From Bacteroidales bacterium (GTDB lineage: Bacteria > Bacteroidota > Bacteroidia > Bacteroidales > CAIWKO01), in the NCBI GenBank assembly GCA_035389045.1, contig DAOORA010000020.1, positions 45,669 through 65,668 of the forward strand: a stretch of DNA of 20,000 nucleotides, given 5' to 3'. The translations under genes were made by a program, and so were the position numbers. This document shows positions 7,832 through 16,700 of this stretch, one piece after another (within the stretch, counting starts at the first letter, position 1; each line of letters starts with the position of its first letter). The notes beneath the pieces were generated by a model that saw nothing but the letters and a program-made list of their open reading frames with translations, ran no database searches and was not told the origin of the DNA.

Positions 7832-9085
7832 ATGAAAGCGGAGATAAAAAACAAGAATTATTTAGGCATTAACAGTCTTGGCAGAATTGGCAAATTAACG
7901 CTTTGGAACCAACTCGTCACGCGTCATTTCGATGGAATAGTCATTAATCTTGGCCGTAAAACGGGAAAAAAAATTGAAGATCTTGTACAGGCACTTGGAA
8001 CCGACTCAACCTACGGCGACCTGGGAAATTTTCTTTACGGACAAAAATCAAGGCGTGATTTGATAAATATAGTGGATTCCGAACAGTATCTGTTTGACAT
8101 TGACGGTATGCCGGTGAAAGTCCTTACGGAAGAGCGAAATCCGGCTGCTGTACCATGGAAAAAGGAACAGGTTCAGATTGTAGTAGATTGTACGGGGCAA
8201 TTTACGGATCCCACCCTTGCTCCTGACAGCCCGAAAGGAAGCCTGCGCGGACACCTGGAAGGCGGTGCGCGTAAAGTGATTGTGAGCGCTCCCTTCAAAA
8301 TAAAGGAAGCAGGGAAGAAAATGCCCGACGACAGTATTATGATGGTTTTTGGCATCAATCACCTCGAATATGACCCGCTCAGACACCACGTAATTTCTGC
8401 GGCCAGTTGCACCACCACAGGCTTATCGCATATGATCAAACCGCTGATGGAGGACCGTTTCACTTCAAAAATTCTCACGGCTTCCATGTCGACCGTACAT
8501 GCAGCCACCAACACGCAAAGTGTCCTCGACGCCTTACCCAAATCCGGCGCCAGCGATCTCCGTAAGACCCGTTCTGTTTTTAATAATATCATTCTATCCA
8601 CCACAGGGGCAGCAAAAGCGCTGGAATCCATCATTCCGCAGATACAGGAAATTGGTTTTATGGCCGATTCGGTACGCATTCCCACCTCCACAGTGTCTAT
8701 GATAACACTGAATATTACCTTTAATTCAGGTCTTGATGAAAAAGGAAATCCCATTATCAACCATAAGCATATCAATAATATCTATAAAAGCGCCGCCGAA
8801 GGGCCTCAAAAAGGGCTGCTGGTATTTTCAGAAAAACAGAATGTGTCAACCGACCTCCTGGGTTTCAGGGCAGCTATTGTCATTGAAGGCCACGAAAGCC
8901 ACACCCGTACAGGCTTCATCAAACTGCCGGCAGAAACGGTAAAGGCGCTGGGCGTCAAAAGTCCGGTTGATATCAATATACCAGTGACACATGCCAAAAT
9001 ATTCGGCTGGTACGACAATGAATTCGGGAGCTATGTCAACCTGCTCGATAAGCTGACATGTTACATCGATCAGCATATCCGTTAA
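7832..9085 (+). CDS. gap: Divergent type I glyceraldehyde-3-phosphate dehydrogenase family protein (417 aa)
   Basis: LGINSLGRIG Rossmann motif, VDCTGQFT, HLEGGARKVIVSAP, catalytic SAASCTTTGL (Cys193), TVHAAT (His223), STTGAAKA, SVRIPTSTVS, WYDNEFG. Confidence 0.8.
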   Translation: MKAEIKNKNYLGINSLGRIGKLTLWNQLVTRHFDGIVINLGRKTGKKIEDLVQALGTDSTYGDLGNFLYGQKSRRDLINIVDSEQYLFDIDGMPVKVLTEERNPAAVPWKKEQVQIVVDCTGQFTDPTLAPDSPKGSLRGHLEGGARKVIVSAPFKIKEAGKKMPDDSIMMVFGINHLEYDPLRHHVISAASCTTTGLSHMIKPLMEDRFTSKILTASMSTVHAATNTQSVLDALPKSGASDLRKTRSVFNNIILSTTGAAKALESIIPQIQEIGFMADSVRIPTSTVSMITLNITFNSGLDEKGNPIINHKHINNIYKSAAEGPQKGLLVFSEKQNVSTDLLGFRAAIVIEGHESHTRTGFIKLPAETVKALGVKSPVDINIPVTHAKIFGWYDNEFGSYVNLLDKLTCYIDQHIR

Positions 9086-9124
9086 TAATTAACATATTTA
9101 ATTAACTTTTTTAACCAACAACTC

Positions 9125-10393
9125 ATGTCAATATTACTCAGCAACGCCACTTACATAGACTACCAGACACTGGAATTTATACCATGTAACATCATTATTG
9201 AAAGCTATCCCTATTCCACTATTGTTTTTACTGAAAAACAGGACAACGGCGCCGATACTAAGGTTGATTGTTCAGGGAAATATGTCACACGGGCATTTGG
9301 CTGCGGACATCATCATGTATATTCGGCGCTTGCAACAGGAATGCCCGCTCCCAAAAAAATCCCGTCGAATTTTTTAGAGATACTGCAATACGTATGGTGG
9401 ACACTGGATAAGTGTCTGGATAAAGAAATGATTGAGATCAGCGCCCTGGTCACCGCCATCGAATGTGCCAGAAATGGGGTAACCTGTGTGGTGGACCATC
9501 ACTCCTCTCCTTTCGCCATTGAAGGTTCACTCGAAATAATAGCCAAAGCCTTTGATCAGGTAGGCATATCACATCTTTTGTGTTATGAAATTTCCGACCG
9601 CGACGGAGAACAAGCAGTGAAACAGTCACTTGACGAAACAGCGGATTTTCTTTCACACAGGCAGGGACTAGTAGGTCTTCATGCCTCATTTACCGTATCT
9701 GACCAAACACTCAGGCAGGCAAAGGAGCTTACCGAAAAATTTGACACGGGTATTCATATCCATGTTGCTGAGGATGAGTTAGACGAACGATTATGTGTTG
9801 AACATCAAGGCAAACGGGTTGTTGAACGTTTGAACGACCACGGACTGCTGAAGAATAACAAAACGATACTGAGCCATTGCTTATACATCAACCATAAAGA
9901 AAGAGAGATAATAGGCAAATCGGGAGCCTGGATTGCACAGAATACCGAAAGCAACATGAATAACAAGGTTGGATTTTTCAATTCGGAAGGAATAAAAAAG
10001 AATATTATGCTTGGCACCGACGGCATGCACAGCGACATGCTGAAAAGTGCAAAAACAACTTTTTTTGCAGGTCAGAATTTTGATAAAATTGATTATGCCG
10101 AAACCTACCGCCGTCTCAGAAATGTTAATTTCTATTTTAATGAAAACGGTTTTTCCGGTGATGCCGATAACAACCTGGTAGTGCTTGACTATAACCCATA
10201 TACAGAGTTCAATTCAGGGAATTTTTTAGGTCATTTTATTTTCAGCATCGAATCAAAACATGTTCAGCATGTGATATCTGATGGCAGACTCATCGTCAAA
10301 GACCGCAAGGTTATTACAGTGGATGAAGATGAGATACACAAAGCCAGCAGGGAATTAAGCAAAAAACTCTGGAACAAAATGAAAGAACTTTAG
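9125..10393 (+). CDS. ssnA: SsnA-like metal-dependent amidohydrolase
   Basis: HxH motif in CGHHHVYSALATGM, followed by NFLEILQYVWWTLDKCLD, VVDHHSSP, GLHASFT, HIHVAED and LGTDG; these segments match the SsnA subfamily pattern. Confidence 0.75.
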   Translation: MSILLSNATYIDYQTLEFIPCNIIIESYPYSTIVFTEKQDNGADTKVDCSGKYVTRAFGCGHHHVYSALATGMPAPKKIPSNFLEILQYVWWTLDKCLDKEMIEISALVTAIECARNGVTCVVDHHSSPFAIEGSLEIIAKAFDQVGISHLLCYEISDRDGEQAVKQSLDETADFLSHRQGLVGLHASFTVSDQTLRQAKELTEKFDTGIHIHVAEDELDERLCVEHQGKRVVERLNDHGLLKNNKTILSHCLYINHKEREIIGKSGAWIAQNTESNMNNKVGFFNSEGIKKNIMLGTDGMHSDMLKSAKTTFFAGQNFDKIDYAETYRRLRNVNFYFNENGFSGDADNNLVVLDYNPYTEFNSGNFLGHFIFSIESKHVQHVISDGRLIVKDRKVITVDEDEIHKASRELSKKLWNKMKEL

Positions 10394-10480
10394 TATTTAA
10401 CCATAGCAAATATATTTTTTCTCAGAGGATCATCCCTAAGCATAACAATTTTACAACCATAAGACTACAAACAACTGCTC

Positions 10481-11860
10481 ATGCCTCTCCTGATAAAAAA
10501 CCCGCTGATTGTCAATGCCGGTGAAAGTAACGTAGCCGATATCCTTATAGATAAGGGTATTATCGTTGAGATTTCCGGAAATATTGATGCCGGGAACCAT
10601 CAAATTATAGATGCAGGAGGTCTGTATGCCTTTCCCGGCGGCATCGATCCTCACGTACACCTGCAACTGCCAACACCGGCCGGAAATTCAAGTGATGATT
10701 TCAGAAGTGGTACCATTGCGGCTTTAGCGGGAGGAACTACAACCATCATTGATTTTGTGACCCCCAGGCGCGGGCAGTCGCATACCGAAGCCCTACGGTT
10801 GCGAAAATCAGAAGCGACGGCATCCCTGACCGATTACAGCCTGCATGGCAGCATCGTTTCGCTGAATGAAAATACAGAGGATGAAGTACGTATCTGCATA
10901 GAAGAAGAAGGAATTACTTCTTTTAAAACGTACCTGGCATACCGTAACACGGTTGGTATCAATTATGAAATGTTGCGCCAGGTAATGCAAATAGTTAAAA
11001 AACATAACGGACTGGTCACCATTCACTGCGAGGATGGCGATGAGATCAGCCGTCTGCAGCAGGATTTCGTTTCAAAAGGACTAACATCCCCGCTATACCA
11101 TGCGTTATCGCGCCCCGAATACACCGAATATGAAGCGGTGGCCGAAGTCCTGAAACTTTCTCAGGAAACCGGATGTAATGTTTATATTGTCCATGTTTCA
11201 GCAAAAAGAAGCATGGAACTTATTGCGCCCTGCAGATCTTCGGGAAAGGTATTTGCCGAAACCTGCCCGCACTATTTGCTTTTAGACGACAGCAATTATC
11301 AAAAGCCCCTCCCCGGCTCACTAAAATATGTGATAAGCCCGCCAAATCGAAATAAGGAAAGTATAGAAGCCCTGTGGCAACATATCACAGATGGAACCAT
11401 TGACGTACTTTCGACCGACCATTGCCCGTTCCACACCTTTGGTCAAAAAGATACCGGCGCTGATAATTTCACCCTGATACCCAATGGCGCAGGGGGTATT
11501 GAATACCGCCTTGCCCTTTTGTATACTTACGGAGTGCTTGAAAAAAGAATTTCTCTTAACCGTTTTACAGAACTTACTTCAACCAATGCTGCGAAAATTT
11601 TCGGGTTGTATCCTCAAAAAGGTATCATCGCCGTAGGTTCCGATGCAGATATGGTGTTATGGAATCCTGGTGCGGAAGGGATCATCTCCCGCAAGACACA
11701 ATTTCAAAACTGTGATTCAAATATCTATGACGGGATTCCTGTTAAAGGGTCACCGGAGTATGTCATCTGTGGCGGAAAAATAGCCTTCGCACATGGAAAA
11801 GCAGTTACAGAAGGGTTACATGGGAGATTTCTTAAAAGGCTACTGCGCCGGATGATTTGA
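10481..11860 (+). CDS. hydA: Dihydropyrimidinase / D-hydantoinase (HydA/HyuA family)
   Basis: PGGIDPHVHL, AALAGGTTTIIDF, SFKTYLAY (carbamylated Lys), IHCEDG, YIVHVS, AETCPHYL, STDHCPF, IPNGAGGIE, AAKIFGLYPQKG. Confidence 0.9.
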   Translation: MPLLIKNPLIVNAGESNVADILIDKGIIVEISGNIDAGNHQIIDAGGLYAFPGGIDPHVHLQLPTPAGNSSDDFRSGTIAALAGGTTTIIDFVTPRRGQSHTEALRLRKSEATASLTDYSLHGSIVSLNENTEDEVRICIEEEGITSFKTYLAYRNTVGINYEMLRQVMQIVKKHNGLVTIHCEDGDEISRLQQDFVSKGLTSPLYHALSRPEYTEYEAVAEVLKLSQETGCNVYIVHVSAKRSMELIAPCRSSGKVFAETCPHYLLLDDSNYQKPLPGSLKYVISPPNRNKESIEALWQHITDGTIDVLSTDHCPFHTFGQKDTGADNFTLIPNGAGGIEYRLALLYTYGVLEKRISLNRFTELTSTNAAKIFGLYPQKGIIAVGSDADMVLWNPGAEGIISRKTQFQNCDSNIYDGIPVKGSPEYVICGGKIAFAHGKAVTEGLHGRFLKRLLRRMI

Positions 11861-11895
11861 TCTCCTCAACTTGTTTTATCGCCTTGAATTATTTC

Positions 11896-11945
11896 TTATA
11901 AATCGCCAAAACTGATATTTTTTGTGTACATTTGGCGATTTATAA
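11896..11945. repeat. Palindromic site A (15-bp arms, 20-bp spacer) containing the TACATTTG promoter box of the ATPase gene
   Basis: ttataaatcgccaaa (11896-11910) and tttggcgatttataa (11931-11945) are exact reverse complements. TACATTTG at 11927-11934. ATG follows at 11962. Confidence 0.85.
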
Positions 11946-11961
11946 CCAATATAATAATAAG

Positions 11962-13374
11962 ATGAAACTTATTGGCAGAGAACCTGAAAAATCAATACTT
12001 GAGCAAGCATTAAGAAGCAGGCATGCCGAGCTCATTGCAGTATTTGGAAGAAGGAGGGTCGGGAAAACATACCTGGTTCAACACGTTTACAAAAACGATT
12101 TCATTTTTGAGTTTTCAGGAATTTTGCACGGCACCCTGAAGCAGCAACTCGACAATTTTCATCTTACCTTAACCCGAAAAAAAAGAAAAATAAAAAAACC
12201 GGCTAACTGGCTTGAAGCATTCAGCCAACTTATTGAAATCATTGAATCATTATCCCTTAAAAAAAAGAAGGTGATTTTCATGGATGAATTTCCCTGGCTC
12301 GACACCCGGAAATCAGGATTTCTGGCTGCCTTTGATAACTTCTGGAACAGTTACGCAGTGAAAAACAAAAACCTGGTGGTGGTTATTTGCGGATCAGCAG
12401 CATCATACATGATCCAGAAGATTATTAACAATAAAGGCGGCTTGCACAACCGCATCACGCAGAAGATACGCCTGCTTCCTTTTACACTGAAAGAATCGGA
12501 GCAATTTTTAAACTATAATAATGTAAAATTTACCCGCTACGATATTTTGCAGCTATATATGGCCATGGGCGGAATTCCTTATTATCTCGGTAAAGTGTCA
12601 CCCGGTGAAAGCGTACCGCAGAATATTGACCGCTTATGTTTCACAAAAGACGGCGCACTGAGAACAGAATTCAATACTGTTTTTACATCCTTGTTTGAAG
12701 TGCCCCACAATCATGAGCTCATTATCCGGATTCTTGCATCAGTACGCAAGGGATTGACAAGAAATGAAATGCTGAAAAAAATGAAAACACAAACCGGCGG
12801 CGGTATCACAAAAACGCTCATGGAACTTGAAGAATCCGGATTTATAGAAAAATACCTGCCTTACCTGGGTACTAAAGATTCTTTATACCGCCTGACCGAC
12901 GAATATTCGTTGTTCTATTTAAAATTTATTGAACACTCGAAACCATCCAGACACGGCGTCTGGCAGAGTATGTTCAACAATGCATCATACAGGTCATGGG
13001 CCGGTTTTTGTTTTGAATCGGTTTGTATCAAACACATTGAGCAGATCAAAGAAGGCTTGAAAATTGCCGGAATAAAATCCGAGCAGGGAAGCTGGCTGGA
13101 CAAAAAGCAGGAAAACGGGGCACAGATAGACCTGTTGATCGACCGCGCAGATAATGTAATCAATATATGCGAAATTAAATTTTATAATTCCGCCTTCACT
13201 ATCGATAAAAAATATGCCGGCGAACTGGCAAAAAAGACAGCTGCTTTTTCGAAAAGCACCCAATCAAAAAAAAATATCCGGATAACACTGATAAGCACGT
13301 ATGGCTTGATACCAAACAAATACAGCAGGCAATACGTCCAGAATGAACTAACAATGGATGATTTGTTTGTATAG
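11962..13374 (+). CDS. AAA+ ATPase (archaeal-ATPase-like) with winged-helix region and C-terminal PD-(D/E)xK-like domain (DUF234/DUF4143-type architecture)
   Basis: MKLIGREPE start typical of the family. Walker A GRRRVGKT, Walker B VIFMDEFPW, ICGSAAS, GGIPYYL, helix-turn-helix-like GLTRNEMLKKM...GGITKTLMELEESGFI, nuclease-like QIDLLI...CEIKF. ATG 11962 preferred over TTG 11932, which lies inside the promoter palindrome. Confidence 0.85.
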   Translation: MKLIGREPEKSILEQALRSRHAELIAVFGRRRVGKTYLVQHVYKNDFIFEFSGILHGTLKQQLDNFHLTLTRKKRKIKKPANWLEAFSQLIEIIESLSLKKKKVIFMDEFPWLDTRKSGFLAAFDNFWNSYAVKNKNLVVVICGSAASYMIQKIINNKGGLHNRITQKIRLLPFTLKESEQFLNYNNVKFTRYDILQLYMAMGGIPYYLGKVSPGESVPQNIDRLCFTKDGALRTEFNTVFTSLFEVPHNHELIIRILASVRKGLTRNEMLKKMKTQTGGGITKTLMELEESGFIEKYLPYLGTKDSLYRLTDEYSLFYLKFIEHSKPSRHGVWQSMFNNASYRSWAGFCFESVCIKHIEQIKEGLKIAGIKSEQGSWLDKKQENGAQIDLLIDRADNVINICEIKFYNSAFTIDKKYAGELAKKTAAFSKSTQSKKNIRITLISTYGLIPNKYSRQYVQNELTMDDLFV

Positions 13375-13376
13375 CT

Positions 13377-13422
13377 ATATCTCGCCAAAACTATACATTT
13401 TATGCTACATTTGGCGAGATAT
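13377..13422. repeat. Palindromic site B (13-bp arms, 20-bp spacer), direct-repeat copy of site A
   Basis: atatctcgccaaa (13377-13389) and tttggcgagatat (13410-13422) are exact reverse complements. Shares tcgccaaaact-N13-tacatttggcga with site A. TACATTTG at 13406-13413. Confidence 0.85.
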
Positions 13423-13559
13423 GCAACTGATCAATAAATAAAAAACCGCTAATCTTGATTAGATAATTGTTTGTTTTGAAATTAGTTTTCGGGGTATTTG
13501 GTTTAAATACTTTATGAGTAAGTAATTCTAAAATCACAGAAAATGTAAAAGCCTCATTT

Positions 13560-13567
13560 TAAATTTG
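13560..13567 (+). promoter_or_regulatory. Possible -7 box (TAAATTTG) for the alpha-2-macroglobulin gene
   Basis: Matches TAnnTTTG, ~160 nt upstream of ATG 13726. The region is AT-rich, so a chance match is possible. Confidence 0.3.
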
Positions 13568-13725
13568 ACGGGTTATTGATGATTTACTTAAATGCCGTCA
13601 GCTATATTTTTAATTCAGTCCGTACTTTAGCAAGGAGATGAAAAGATTGAATTAAAAAAACTTTCCTGTCTTTATGGAATTTTTCCGATATTGCATCTAT
13701 AAAAGCAAATTAAAAAAATTTTCCC

Positions 13726-16700
13726 ATGAAAACAATTAAAATCATTGCTCTTATTCTTCTGGTGTCGGTGACTGCCATTGCAGTAAAATCAGTCATTCCG
13801 GCTTTTTTTTCTGAGCGGTCGGCCGGCGTAATGATCTCTCCAAACGACGACTATAATAAACTCTGGGCAAAAGCCGATTCGCTGCTTAACAAAGGCCTTA
13901 CACGCTCGGCTATAGAAGTGGTTCAGGTGATTTACGAAAAAGCCAAACTGGAAAATAATACCGGAAATTTCGTTAAAGCCGTCACCTATAAACTCCGGCT
14001 CGAATCTTATATCAGCGAGGATGATTATGTTAAGGAAATCAATGATCTTAACAAAGAAGCCGCTGAAGCACGCTTTCCCATCAAGCCGGTAATACATTCG
14101 ATGATCGCCGAAGTATACTGGAAATATTACCAGAACAACCGGTACAAGTTTCTGAACCGTACCGAAACAGTGGATTTTGTTCCTGAAGATATCAGGACAT
14201 GGGATCTGAGAAAGATCGTGGAACAATCGATCAAATATTATCAGTTGTCACTCGAAAATGTCGATAGTCTAAAAAATACATCCATAAATGTGTATGATGA
14301 AATAATTGTGAAACAAGGCGGCGATTCAAAAAATTTCAGGCCAACACTTTATGACTTCCTTATACACCGTGCCATAGATTTTTTTGCAAACGAAGAGCCG
14401 GGACTGGTAAGCCCTGTCAACCGTTTTGAGATTGACAAAGCTGAATTTTTTGCCCCCTATGATTCATATATCATTTTCCAGATAAAAACGAATGACAAGT
14501 ATTCATTGAATTATTATGCAGCCAGGTTGTTTCAGGATCTGCTTGACTTCCATAAGAACGATGCCGACCCGCGATCACTTATTGATAACGATTTGAAGCG
14601 CCTGAAATTTATGAAGCAAAAATCTATAAACCCTGATAAGGATACCTTATTCATGCAGGCACTTGAAACGCTCAATAAAAAATTTGAATCTTTTCCGGCA
14701 TCTTCTGAAGTGATTTATGAAATTGCCAATTATTATTACCAACAGGGCGCTACCTATGCATCAACCAACGACGAGTCAGATCGCTGGAAACTTAAAAAAG
14801 CTTATGAAATCTGCGACATAGCTATTAAAAAATTCCCGGATGCTTTCGGATCAAACAACTGCAAATACCTGCAGTCAAAGATCAGGGAGAAATCGCTGAC
14901 TTTTACCAGCGAAGAAGTAAATGTCCCCGGAAAGCCTTTCAGGGGTCTTCTTTCCTACCACAACCTGAACAAGGTGTATATCAGGATTTGCAAGGCAGAT
15001 TACAAATGGTATGATAAACTGATCAGTCAGTATTATTACGATGACAAACTTATCCAGCCTCTACTTAAACTTACTCCGCAAAAAACATTCAGTGTGGATA
15101 TTACAACCCCCGGGGATTATCAAAGCCATTCGGCAGAAATCAAAATTCCCGAACTGGAAGCCGGTTTTTACGTGATACTTATCGGAACCGATGCCGGTTT
15201 CACATATAACACTGAAGCCATAGCCTATTCCAGTTTCTGGATGTCAAACCTGTCTTACCTGAAGCGCACAACAGAGAGCGGAAAGACTCAGTTCGTCGTG
15301 ATGAACCGCGAAAACGGGCAAGCAGTCAAAGGGGTTTCGGCACAGGTTTACAACGAAATATACAACTATGCGTCACGCCGGTATGAATACCACAGCGGTC
15401 CGGTCTATTTAACCGATGAGAACGGTATGTTTGAGGTTGTTTCTACGTCTAACAACTACAATAATTCATATATTGAATTCAATTATTCAAATGATAAGCT
15501 GAAATCAACCGTTTTTTACCAGTATAAATCGTATAAAAATGAAAAAAAGAAATACAACAGGACTATATTCTTTACGGACAGGATGATATACCGCCCCGGG
15601 CAGACAATTTATTTTAAAGGAATATTGCTCGAAACCGACGGTGAAAATTCAGTAATAAAGCCGGGCATAGAAAGCAATGTTGTTTTTTATGATGTCAACT
15701 ATCAGAAAGTTTCGGAAATAAAACTCACCAGCAATGAATACGGTACATTTAGTGGTTCTTTCACCATACCCACCGGCTTGCTCAACGGTCAGATGCACAT
15801 TGCAGATAACTGGGGCAGCATATATTTCTCTGTAGAAGAATATAAACGCCCGAAATTTGAAGTGAAATTTGAACCTGTGAAAGGATCGTACAAACTGGGT
15901 GAGAAAGTAACCGTTAAGGGTACGGCCGTTGCCTATGCGGGCTCCAATATCGATAATGCACAGGTAAAATACCGTGTGGTGCGTACGGCACGTTTCCCGT
16001 ATTGGTGGTACTACTGGTACGGATATTACCCGAATTCGCCACAGATGGAAATAACTAACGGAAACACCACTACTGATGATAAGGGCGAATACACCATAGA
16101 ATTTACCGCCATACCGGATTACAAGGTCAGCCGAAAATCCGACCCTGTATTCTCTTATGTGATCTATGCTGACGTTACTGATATCAATGGAGAAACACGC
16201 TCCTCGCAGACCACGGTGAACGCCGGTTACAAAGCGCTGATGGTGGCCGTTGGATTACCCGGCGAAATAGAAAAAAGCAGCAAAGACCCCTTTGTCATTT
16301 CTACAACCAACCTGAGCGGCACGTACGAATATGCCACAGGCAGCATCATCATCCACAAGCTGAAACAACCGGAGAAACTATTCCGCAGCAGGTTATGGAA
16401 AGAACCCGATATAAAACTTATTTCGAAAAATGATTATTATCAATGGTTTCCATATGACCTTTACGAAGATGAAAATAACACCTCCAGGTGGGCCAAAGAA
16501 AGCAAAGTAATGGAATACGACTTCGATACAGAGAAAGATTCGCTGATGCATATTCCGAACCTTTCCACATGGCAATCAGGGCAATATGTTCTTGAGATCA
16601 CTTCGGTTGACAAATTCGGTGAAAAAGTTCAGGCCTTCATCTATTTTACAGTATATTCAAAAAACGATAAAACCATACCTGTAAACGATTTTGCATGGTT

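Noticed and set aside
4231..9076. Many 60-140-aa antisense or alternate-frame ORFs inside the dikinase and GAPDH genes
   Set aside because: Shadow ORFs of well-supported genes with no independent motifs; the same applies to those nested in the ssnA, hydA, ATPase and A2M genes.
10394..10480. Minus-strand TATATTTG (10407-10414) and short cata/acaa repeats between ssnA and hydA
   Set aside because: Too short and degenerate to separate from chance in an AT-rich spacer.
11896..13422. Interpreting sites A and B as IS terminal inverted repeats, dif sites or integron attC sites
   Set aside because: Each site is itself a palindrome and the two are in direct orientation; the enclosed protein has no DDE, HUH or tyrosine/serine recombinase motifs; spacer length and sequence do not fit dif or attC consensus.
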